Source: a virus. From it: a DNA stretch of 64,000 nt. Shown piece by piece: positions 20,020 to 30,200 of the stretch; the stretch's first letter is position 1, and every line of letters starts with the position of its first letter. The notes below the pieces were generated by a model. That model did no database searches, was not told the origin of the DNA, and worked only from the letters and a program-made list of their open reading frames with translations. Position numbers and translations under genes: made by a program. The DNA is taken from positions 7,619-71,618 of IMG/VR virus record IMGVR_UViG_3300009130_001695. The stretch is one strand, 5' to 3'.

Positions 20020-20873
20020 ATATACTAGTAACGGGTGGCGCGGGGTTTGTTGGATCTAATTTAATAGCAGAATTGGTGAAACATAAGTCTTTAAATATTA
20101 TTTCATTAGATAATTATTTTACCGGAACAAAGTCTAATCATCACCCAAATGTTACATACGTTGAAGGTAATTGCAGTGATATTGAAGAATTGATTACTAT
20201 AATTCCGGAAGTTGTGTTTCATTTTGGAGAATATTCGAGGGTATCCACAAGTTTTGAAGATAGAGACATCGTGTGGGATTACAATATTAAAGGAACATAT
20301 GAGGTTTTAAATTTTTGTTTGAAGCGTGGAAGTAAGTTCATATACTCCGCATCAAGCACCAAATTTGGAGATAATGGGGAAAACCAGAATGCTTCACCGT
20401 ATGCCTTCTTTAAATCTCAAAACACTGACTTAATTAATAATTTTCATAAATGGTTTGGACTTGATTATGCAATATGTTATTTTTATAATGTATACGGCGT
20501 AGGACAAATAAGGACCGGCAAATATGCCACTGTAATTGGCATTTTTGAGGAACAATATGTAAACGGAGAACCATTAACGATTGTCAAGCCCGGTACACAG
20601 AAAAGAGACTTTACCCATATTGATGATATTGTAAATGGGTTACTTCTGCTAATGAAGAATGGACAAGGCGACGGATATTGTTTTGGCACTTCGCAGAGTT
20701 ATGAGATAAATGAAATTGCAAAAATGTTCAAGAATGATGTAAAATACATTAACAATAGAAAAGGCGAACGCCTTGATTCATCGATTGATTTAACAAAGTC
20801 ATCAGGATTGGGCTGGAAACCTCAAAATAATCTCAAAGATTATATAAAAAAATTTAAGGAGAAAATAAAATGA
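20007..20873 (+). CDS. NAD-dependent epimerase (UDP-glucose 4-epimerase-like)
   Basis: VTGGAGFVGSN, YAFFK, FYNVYG, GTQKRDFTHIDD. Confidence 0.85.
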   Translation: MESVNILVTGGAGFVGSNLIAELVKHKSLNIISLDNYFTGTKSNHHPNVTYVEGNCSDIEELITIIPEVVFHFGEYSRVSTSFEDRDIVWDYNIKGTYEVLNFCLKRGSKFIYSASSTKFGDNGENQNASPYAFFKSQNTDLINNFHKWFGLDYAICYFYNVYGVGQIRTGKYATVIGIFEEQYVNGEPLTIVKPGTQKRDFTHIDDIVNGLLLLMKNGQGDGYCFGTSQSYEINEIAKMFKNDVKYINNRKGERLDSSIDLTKSSGLGWKPQNNLKDYIKKFKEKIK

Positions 20874-21064
20874 AATTATCAAATCAAGCAATTGGGGCCA
20901 TCATGATGGCACTACAAAAGGGAATTATGGAACAAATGGATATTACGAACCTTCTTCAAGAATTCGAAGTAGTGGATTCAGCTGATGGGTTGATTGTAGA
21001 AAATCCCCCTATTTTTGAACTACCCGAAACGGAAACAACCCAAACCCCTGAAGCCAAGGCATAA
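20870..21064 (+). CDS. hypothetical protein
   Basis: 64 aa, AAGGAG Shine-Dalgarno, ATGA overlap. Confidence 0.7.
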   Translation: MKLSNQAIGAIMMALQKGIMEQMDITNLLQEFEVVDSADGLIVENPPIFELPETETTQTPEAKA

Positions 21065-21068
21065 TTTT

Positions 21069-21341
21069 ATGCCAAAATATGTTTATTATTGTAAAGCTTG
21101 TGAAGAAGAATTCTTAGTTACTCATTCGTTGGGGAAACATGTAGAAATATGCCAACTTTGTGAGAGTTCTAGCGAGATAGTGCGGAAGCCTTCTACCATC
21201 TTTTTAAATAAAAAACATGGCAATTTAGGGGGAAAAACCAAGGTTGGGCACCTTGTGAGGCAAACAATCGAAGAAGCGGCCCAAGATTTGAAAAGGGAAC
21301 AAGAAATGTTGACTAAAAGGGAATATAATGATGGGGATTGA
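21069..21341 (+). CDS. FmdB-family zinc-ribbon protein
   Basis: MPKYVYYCKACEEEF...CQLCES; ATG at 21069. Confidence 0.75.
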   Translation: MPKYVYYCKACEEEFLVTHSLGKHVEICQLCESSSEIVRKPSTIFLNKKHGNLGGKTKVGHLVRQTIEEAAQDLKREQEMLTKREYNDGD

Positions 21342-21693
21342 AATTATTGTTTTGGCAGGAATTGCATTGTTTATTTCTATTGCCATAAATCTTATTTTAA
21401 TTGCATATATACGTAAAAACATCGTAAAAGTTTTTGTGATTGCAGAAGAAGCGGCAGAGATTTTCACCAGACTCGATTCTTTTCAAGAACATTTGAAGAC
21501 CGTCTATGAAATGCCTACTTTTTTTGGGGATGAAACACTGACTGGGCTTTTAGAGCATTCCAAAGCATTGAATGAATTTTTAAATAGATATGATGAACTT
21601 TATTCTTTTACACAACCAGACTTGTTAGAACAACTCGAAGCGGCAACTATAGAATTACAGGAACAATATGATCAAAAAGAAGCGCAAGCGTAA
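21328..21693 (+). CDS. membrane-anchored hypothetical protein
   Basis: N-terminal hydrophobic helix followed by a helical, charged domain. Confidence 0.65.
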   Translation: MMGIEIIVLAGIALFISIAINLILIAYIRKNIVKVFVIAEEAAEIFTRLDSFQEHLKTVYEMPTFFGDETLTGLLEHSKALNEFLNRYDELYSFTQPDLLEQLEAATIELQEQYDQKEAQA

Positions 21694-22354
21694 GAAAAAA
21701 AATCAATATTTTACGCAATTTCATGAAGACGCAATTGTTGAATACACCAACTCTGAAGATAACCATCATCGGAACGAGCTTTACAAGAATATAATTCAGC
21801 CCGTCTTTAAGGAGATGATTAACAAAATCGTCTTTACTTACAAATTCACCAACCTTCCCAACGTTGACAGCTTAAAAGATGAGTGTGAAATGCATCTTGT
21901 TACCATTTTGAGCAATTTTGATCCATCTAAAGGTTCCAAAGCTTTTTCTTATTTTAGTGTTATAACAAAAAACTGGTTTATCGCGAAAGTCAAAAAAACT
22001 GCAATTCAATTACGCCGCGAAGCTGGGTATGACGAGATTTCTAAAAGAATTGAAATGGACAAGCTTGCGATCTATAATACTTATGACAAAGACAGAGAAA
22101 AGAAGGAATATATGGAGCATTTGTGGGTTGAGATTAGGAAGTGGGAAAAGCAAAATCTTAAAGAAAACGAGAGAAAAATACTAGAAGCCATCAAAATCCT
22201 CTTTACCGACGCTGACACCATCGAAATTTTTAATAAAAAAGCTATTTACTTGTATATAAGGGAGATTACAAATTTAAACACCAAGCAAGTTTTAAACAGT
22301 TTAAACAAGTTTAGGTTTGAGTATGCGATTTTTAAGAAAAAATGGAACGAGTAA
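21668..22354 (+). CDS. phage late sigma factor (T4 gp55-like)
   Basis: NQYF near the N-terminus; NFDPSKGSKAFSYFSVITKNWFI resembles sigma region 2 of gp55-like proteins. Confidence 0.65.
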   Translation: MIKKKRKRKKKNQYFTQFHEDAIVEYTNSEDNHHRNELYKNIIQPVFKEMINKIVFTYKFTNLPNVDSLKDECEMHLVTILSNFDPSKGSKAFSYFSVITKNWFIAKVKKTAIQLRREAGYDEISKRIEMDKLAIYNTYDKDREKKEYMEHLWVEIRKWEKQNLKENERKILEAIKILFTDADTIEIFNKKAIYLYIREITNLNTKQVLNSLNKFRFEYAIFKKKWNE

Positions 22355-22668
22355 AGAAAGATTTTGAAACTTTAGCCGAAGAAGCAATCGATAATATCCG
22401 AGCAGATCGCGATCAAACCAAAGAATTGCTTAAAGATTTGGTGAAATATCTCTCGTCTGATGAGCACCGTCACAAAGAGGTTGGTTTAATTGCAGCAAAA
22501 TATGTAGAAACCCTTCAACGTTCTAACGAGCAATTAGTTAAGATCGCAACCCTTCAAAAGAAAGGTGAAAAAGCAAGTATGGATTTATCTCAATCTGAGA
22601 GAGATGATATATTTGATGTGTTAAATACGGAGGTAGCCCATGTCCGACAAAATACAGAAGATACTTAA
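22342..22668 (+). CDS. helical hypothetical protein, possibly terminase small subunit
   Basis: RHKEVGLIAAKYVETLQRSNEQLVKI loosely recalls the T4 gp16 helical core. Confidence 0.3.
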   Translation: MERVKKDFETLAEEAIDNIRADRDQTKELLKDLVKYLSSDEHRHKEVGLIAAKYVETLQRSNEQLVKIATLQKKGEKASMDLSQSERDDIFDVLNTEVAHVRQNTEDT

Positions 22669-23221
22669 TGGCAATTACAACATATTCCCTGCTAACCAAG
22701 AGCGATTCCCACAGTCTTTTTTGGAAGACGAGGATGAGTTTGTTGAACGTTGGGCTCACAATGTTAAACAAAGTTATGAGCCAACTGGTGAAGAAATCAC
22801 TCGCCCAGTGGTTGGTATTGTATTGAAAGTTGAAGAAGGCGTTCCGCTGACTCCGGGAGGCCCAAAACACAACGCCACTTTTATCTCTCCCAATGTTTCA
22901 GCAGATTCCTTAAGAATGTGGGTACATACGAAGTTTGATGCAGGTCTTGCGGTTCCGAAAAATTTTATTACTCCAGGTGACGAGGAGGATTTAATTTATC
23001 AACATTTTATTTTTGAACCCCAAAGTGCCGATATAACGAAAGTGCCAAAGCCTGGAGATCTTGTGCAGGTAATCCACCCCTGGGCGTGGGGGTTCACAAA
23101 TAAGGTTGGTTTATATTTGGGTTTATTTGCCGAAGGCACTCCCCCAACATTTGAGGCACCGTCTAAGAAGTTTTCTAACAAGAATAAGCGTCAAAATGTG
23201 CCAATAGGCCCAAAAGAATAA
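22640..23221 (+). CDS. putative baseplate hub/spike N-terminal (gp5 OB-fold-like) protein
   Basis: VVGIVLKV...VPKPGDLVQV pattern; lies upstream of the spike-like and gp25 genes. Confidence 0.4.
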   Translation: MSDKIQKILNGNYNIFPANQERFPQSFLEDEDEFVERWAHNVKQSYEPTGEEITRPVVGIVLKVEEGVPLTPGGPKHNATFISPNVSADSLRMWVHTKFDAGLAVPKNFITPGDEEDLIYQHFIFEPQSADITKVPKPGDLVQVIHPWAWGFTNKVGLYLGLFAEGTPPTFEAPSKKFSNKNKRQNVPIGPKE

Positions 23222-23233
23222 GAGGGGAAGATA

Positions 23234-24235
23234 GTGGTTTTTAAAAAAGCAGCTACAAATTCTGGCTTAAGTGATGAAGCCAAAAAAGCTTTAGATAAGC
23301 AGAGTAAAAAAGACACCAAATATCTCAGAGGTATAGATGGCGATCCCCTCAACGAGCCAGTTCCTGAATATATTCAAACCTCAAGTGAAAAAATTGTCAA
23401 AAATGATAACAATGCTTGGATCGTCTTGGGGAGAGATCGTCCGCAAGGCCGCACGAGTGGATATGGCGGACGAGGCGATACACAAGCCGCTTCCATCGAT
23501 ATTGTTGTGGGAAGAATGGGCTCCTCAGTTATAGCTTATACCGCTGATAATCAGAAAGTCTGGGCTGATCCAGATTTTAAAAAAGATGCAGCCCGCATTT
23601 ATATAAGTCAAAAAACTGATATTGATGCGAATTTTAATTTGGCAGCAGGAACCATAGGCACTGCTATCGGAGTCAATGCAGATGAGTTTGGTATAGTAGA
23701 CGATCCTAATATTCCTGCACCATCTTCTTTTAATCCTGAACCGCGTTCTGGAATTGCTTTGAAAGCTGATGGGATTAGGTTAGTCGCCCGTGAAGGAATC
23801 AAGCTGGTAACAGGCGGCGAGACTTATAATTCACAAGGTGGAACTGTCCGCAGCGTAGTGGGAGTAGATGTAATCGCCGGGAATGATGATTCTGATCTCC
23901 AACCAATGGTTAAAGGATCTAACTTGAGAGATGCTATGGTGCGCTTAATTGATCATGTAGATGGCCTGACGGGTATTGTAGATTCACTTTTAATGATTCA
24001 ATCCTCGTTCAACGAAGCAGTTACTAACCATTATCATCACTCTCCTTTTTTTGGAAAAATGACTACACTTTCTCCAACAGTGCAATCTGCCGGTTGTAAA
24101 ACTATGATAGACTACCTCAGTCAAACCAAAAGATCCTGCGCTATGCTCAAGACAAACCTTAGATCTTTCCAGTTAACCTATTTAGATGAAGTAGGTGATA
24201 GGTATATAAATAGCCGACTCAACAATGTAAATTAA
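23234..24235 (+). CDS. putative baseplate spike (gp5 C-terminal-like) protein
   Basis: Beta-strand segments IVLGRDR, AARIYISQKT, IALKADGIRLVAREGIKLVT; QPMVKG; HYHH near the C-terminus. Confidence 0.5.
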   Translation: MVFKKAATNSGLSDEAKKALDKQSKKDTKYLRGIDGDPLNEPVPEYIQTSSEKIVKNDNNAWIVLGRDRPQGRTSGYGGRGDTQAASIDIVVGRMGSSVIAYTADNQKVWADPDFKKDAARIYISQKTDIDANFNLAAGTIGTAIGVNADEFGIVDDPNIPAPSSFNPEPRSGIALKADGIRLVAREGIKLVTGGETYNSQGGTVRSVVGVDVIAGNDDSDLQPMVKGSNLRDAMVRLIDHVDGLTGIVDSLLMIQSSFNEAVTNHYHHSPFFGKMTTLSPTVQSAGCKTMIDYLSQTKRSCAMLKTNLRSFQLTYLDEVGDRYINSRLNNVN

Positions 24236-24237
24236 TC

Positions 24238-27200
24238 ATGCCCATTGATACAACAAAAGATATTAAACCACTCGTAAAGATTAATTGGACAACACAGAAA
24301 GATTCCGTCTGCTTCTTTCAATCGGCGGAAGGCATTTTACCTGATCGATATTCTGTCACGATCACCACAACAGAGACTAGCACCGATGGTAGTGATGATC
24401 GGCTTGAAACAATACAAAACGATGCAATCCCAGCAGGGTACGAAAAATTACTATCTTTCTATGAAAAGCAAGACGATCCTGTCAATACAAGAATAGGTGC
24501 TGCCTTTGCCGAGGATTGGTTTTTGTCGGAACGCCCAACCATTCCTATAAAAGTTTTAGTTTCCATCCCGGCTATTATTATTGATAAAGAATTAGAAGAG
24601 ATTCCGCCGCCTGAACTATTACCGTCTCCGTCTTTTGAGATTTATCTTAACACTTTTGGACTTCAAAAGAAGTTTGATGGTGTCACAACCCTCTTTAATC
24701 ATTATAACTCCTCTATCAAGAGGTTTATTGGTAAAGTCCAGGGGCTGAATATGCCCCATGAAACCACAACCTTTTCCACATTTATCGGAACCATGTCGTC
24801 TTTGATGAAGGCTAACGGTTATACTTATTCAGCATCTCGTTCGGATTTGATAGTCTTTGGTGTAGATTCTTCATATAAGTTACTTTACGCCCAAATAAAT
24901 GATGGAACCGGATTTAAAACCTTGTATAAGGGTTTTAATAAGTTCGCCAACACACCAGTTGCTAGTAACCAACGAACTGTTAATTTTCTACGAAATCTGG
25001 AGCAGATGTATCAAATTTATTTTCAAAATGAAAATATACCAATGCAACAATTTTTTGATACATATGTCTTAAACCCACCTTCATATGATTTGAGCGAAAC
25101 TCCACCACATTCAGAACCTAAATCAGCGAAAGTCGCTAAGCCAATTAAGCAAAACAACCTAAATCCTTTCAAGACTGAACATGAGTGGCGGAACTTCGTC
25201 GCATTATCTAACACTCCCGAACAAAGAGAGGCTCTTCAAAAAAACCTTGATAGTGCTGCCAATTTTGTAGGTGATCCAGTTCTCAATCGTTTAGATACGA
25301 CTAGTAAGTGGTTAGAAACTGCGTCCTCTGTCCTTGGCACCAATCCAACAGATTACATTTCAGAAGGAATGTTTAAACAACTTCTTAACAAAATCCCACT
25401 TCAGAGTTTAATTGCAGGCGCAATGGAATGTATGGGCTTTCGAGGTTTTGAATTTTTGGATGCCGCCAAATCATTTTTAAATCAAACAGATTCTTTTTTG
25501 GACAACGTTTCTGTTCTTTTACAAAAACAATTACCCACCATTTCTATTCCTGATAACTTTCCAGTTGTAGATTACATGAGAGACATAGGTGCTAAAATTT
25601 TAAGCAGTGTCCTAGATGCCGTAATAGGCGTTCTAATGCAATTACTTACGGAAATTTTACGGCAATTGCTGGATATGTGTAAAGAGTGTGCCGTGGCCAA
25701 TGCTGACCGCGCCGCCCGAAATGAGGCAATGAATTTTGGAGAGTTTAATATTGCAGGTACTTTATTAAGCGACTTGGCCGTAGGAACTGTAGATAATATT
25801 ACTTCTACGATTTATAACAGTTCCGGTGCGGCTGAGATGGCCTCAGAAGTCATGGCCGAAACAAAACAATGGGCTAAGAACCCCTTTTTGCTTGCAAATC
25901 ATATTGACGAAGATTTGGGAGAGGCTCTAGGATACGAGAAGACAAAAGAGGCAACCAAACAAAAAATACAAGAAAGGATGGAGGGCGCAAAAGATGAGTT
26001 TACAGGTTATGTAAATGCCGCTTCTTCAGTTTTAACTCCGGGAGAAGTTGGAAATCTTTTATTGGGTTGCAATGTTGGCCAAGAAGCAACAGAAGCTCTT
26101 GTCCTTCTTTTAGATGCTTATCCCAATCTTAAACAAGTGTTGTCTGCCCACGCAAGCCCTGCCGACTTAGCAGTGAAAATTAAAGAAGTCTGGGAAGATA
26201 TGGGTAAATTAATAGGTACAAATAAGGTGCTACAAGGTGTTCAAACTGTTTTAGATGCCTTACCAGAATCTGCCCAATGTTTGTGTGATGAAGATGATCG
26301 AGCAATGAGAGCTAAATTGTTGAAAAACAAAGGTCTTTCTCCTCAACAAATTGATGAGCAGATTACTAAATCTAATGACAGGCGTCAGACACGATTAGAA
26401 GAATTTTCAAAATTACTTGAAAAAGGCAATCCTCTCCAAAATATAATGCCTGAGATTTATTGTACGGTGGTTTATAAGGATCCCTCGGGCAAGGTTGTTC
26501 CAAAAGAGAAAACCATGCGTAACCCCATTAACCCAGATCAAGTTCTGTCCCGAGAAACAGCAGAAATATTGATACCAGAGATTAAACAGGGGTTGATTGA
26601 AAAGGATCACCCATCTTTTACTTTCCTTATGAATCAAGTTTTGAGTACGATTTATGATGGGTTAACAATGACATTTAGTCAAGATATAGATGGATATCTA
26701 CCTAATTTGACTAAACAAACTTATACTGAGCGAGAAATCCCGCGAACTATTGTTGTGGAGGACCAGGGCGAACCCAAGCACATCTTAAACCCTGAATGGA
26801 TAAAAATTGCCAATGATCCAGGCCGCCCGGAAACATTTGGTGCCTTACCCTCAGATGCCGCAGTTCCAGGTAGAATACTCCACACTTATCGTGAAGATGG
26901 TGATCCCACAGAAAAAATGATCATTGAAAATGCTATTGGGGGTGTTGATAACGATGATACTGAGTACATAAATAGAGATACACGTTTAGCGTGGGGAGAA
27001 CCCATTTATATCCGTGATCGTTTAATTGCTGGACAAAAAAAGGTCGCTGGGCAATCACCACCCACAGCAGAACAAGAAGCCGCTTGGGAAGCTGCCCAGA
27101 GATTACCGGGCACAGGATTAAGTCTTACTTATCACGGTCGCAAAAAGCCGGATGAGTATGTGGCAGATTCAGAAGAAGTGGGCTTAGACGAGCAAGGAAA

Positions 27201-30200
27201 AAACTCTCGATTGCGATTAGCAGAATATTCTCGTATGTTTGGCTATTCACCTATTCCAGTGATGTTACGCGAAAAAGGCCCATCAAAATATGCACCAGGT
27301 CTTCAAGAAGCATATGCTTCAATATGTTCAAGTGAGAGGTTGTTTGATATTGCCCCCCGACATGACCGATATCAGGTTTACGGTTTTCAAGTAGATAATA
27401 ATATCCTTGAACAATCTGGCATGGGAAACGATGTCCAAAAAGTCCTTGCCAATATCCCCTCATCACCAGCCACCCCAACACCGAGTGGCATATCTGGTTC
27501 CGATTATGCAAAAGGGATGGAGCTGATTGGCCAAGCTTTTTCTGCGATGGCCAATTCTACATATAATATCGACTATGTGGTGCCTTATTCTTCCTCTTTG
27601 GATATTAACTGCGGGCAACGTTGGCCTATGGAGGAATATGCCGCTACAATTCAATTAACACCTCCCACTAGCGTAGGTGGTTCGGTCTTACAACCACCAT
27701 TTATTATTTATCAACAAGCAGAGTTTAAAAATCAAAAGGATTTTGTGTGCCAAACACGTCAAAATAATGGATGGTCTTATGATAACTCGCTCAAACATAT
27801 TCCCCAAGAACAAGCATTTGTAACTTGGAATCAAAAAGCATGGCAGTGGGGAGCACCCATTTATCAAAATTCCGTATCGGCTAATGGTGATTTAAGTTTC
27901 ACCACGGCAGAAACTGATATTTCCGTAGGGGTGAGTGGAATCGCAGCCGCAAATTTAAATTCTTTATCAAACTTCCTTTATGATAAGAGATACGGCAATC
28001 CTAATGGTACTTTGCACGGTGCATACGATGCTCTTTGGCGTGATTACTATTGTAGTTTTACTAGAATGATTTCAAAATCTCCTTTCTTAGAGCTGAAAAA
28101 GTTAGCTACATGTGATCTTATTCCGATGCCAAAAACAGGAGAAGATCCAATTTGTAGCAATAATACGAGCTTACTTGGCACAGAGGAGGTTAAACAGCGA
28201 GTTAGGGATGAATATGGAGTGGTACAGTGTATTGAATCTTCATTCCCCAATATTGATGGCCTCGGAACTAACAAGGATAATCCATTTGAAAAAGCCAATC
28301 TCGGCGGTGCAGTTCTTTTAACTGTGAGAACATATGTGCTAGAAGTGATGCTGCGTTCCATATTCGTTTATTATTACTTCCGTGCAGGCAGTTCGGAATC
28401 GGTTGATAGTCTTCTTGTTTCTTACATTTCCCAAATGATTAAAAAAGACGTAGAAGCTAAGAACTTTATGAGCGAGTTCCGCACGGAAGCATTTGGGTTG
28501 TATAATCGCAACGCCGCATCTTTAACGCCACCCCGACAACAAACAAATAATTTTGATGAAGTTTTAGATTATCTTATTCGACAACAAGTTATTGCCGTAG
28601 GTAATCGCTTATCTAGAGTGGTCGGAACAATCGGTGATACTTCATTAGATTCATATCTGCTTATAGATCAATCTAATGATGATCCGGCATGGATTCCGGG
28701 ATGGAATGTTCCGGCAACCCCCAATGATCCTAATAGAATTTTAAAAAATGATGCTCTCAATGATGGAGTAATCGGCGGTGAGGCGGTTCCTCCCGAACAA
28801 ATTAAAGAATTGATTGGCGACGGTTCTCTGTCTTCCCGCACCCTGGAACTTTTCAATTGGGATGCACCAGTTTCTTACCTTAAAAATTTGCCCATTGGTA
28901 TGTTATTTAGAGCGTATTTCGGTAAAAACTCAACTCAAAAAACAAATATCTGGTCCCGCGAAGCTGCCATTAGTTCTGTAGCAGATCCCGAAAGATGGCG
29001 ATGGATAACCGGAGTAGAACCACGCTCCCCCAACAAGACATCGATGACGCCACCTTCAACACCAAATCGCGAAGAAAATATATTTGAAGTGAGTGGCATT
29101 ACGTTAAACAATCAATTTACTCCAGCCGGAAGAAATACACTCTTAGGATTAGACGCTCCCCCGGAAGCACCGACTCTTTATAGCTATGGAGTGTCTGACC
29201 CCGAAAAGAAAATCATGTCAATCCTTCTCAAAATGTTGGCAGCCGGGACCAGTATTCAAAATCATAATACATTAACGAGTCCCTATTCTGTTGGTGCAAA
29301 TACCTGGGCTGGAAGTTTATTGAAAAGTGAAACCGAAGGGTTAAGTGGTTGGAAAACTTGGCGTTTTCATTATAATGACGTATGGGATAGCGATGCATGG
29401 AATCGCACAGGCAGAGAACCTGCGCCTTGGGTCGTTGGTGGTCATTCCCACCCGCAGCTGTATCAGGGAATAAAAGCTCCGACCGATTCGATGGAATTGG
29501 CGGACGGTGGAAGTAGTAAAAACAGAACATATTGGTCAACAAGTTGGTATCCAGAATATCTTGAATGGGGTTTGAGCACCAGATCTTTCAGGGAGTCAGT
29601 CAGAGGTTATAGCCAACTGGGATGGGACTTTCACCACAATCTTGATTTTCAACGGAAGTTTCTTCGTTGGATTGACATTGGAGGAAAGTCAGTTGGTCCC
29701 TGGAAAGGTTTTGAGTTTTCTAACGGTTTAGTGGGGTGGAAATTGATAGACCCCACTTATTTGTGGTATGACAACGGACAACCCATACTATCCGCCCGGA
29801 GCTGGTCCGATACCGTAAATCGCCCAATACCTGGCGCTGGCCCTGGTTTTCAAAGGAATCCTTTTGAAAACCACGCAGCTCTATCAAGCCCTAATGGGCT
29901 GGTAGTGGGCGCAGGCTCACGAGATGCTGCATATTTTGGACTCCCAGGTACTGCATTCGATAGTAATGGTCAGCCAGTTAATCCGGCACCAGACGTTAAT
30001 CCTTATTCCTATCGTTTATTTCAAAGAGCAAGTAATTTATTGGCTACCGGAATGGAATACATCAGCTTGTTAGATTTGGATGTTCTCACCATTGTTCAAA
30101 TGTTGAAGTGGGAACAATCGCAGTCCCCCGCAGCCACACAGTCCACTTATCAACAGTGGATCGATGAATTAGAAGAAGCCATTCAAGATCTCCAAACGGT

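Noticed and set aside
7-20873. Bacterial O-antigen or capsule locus
   Set aside because: No wzx, wzy, wzm, wzt or initiating transferase; the genes run contiguously into phage sigma and baseplate genes on the same strand.
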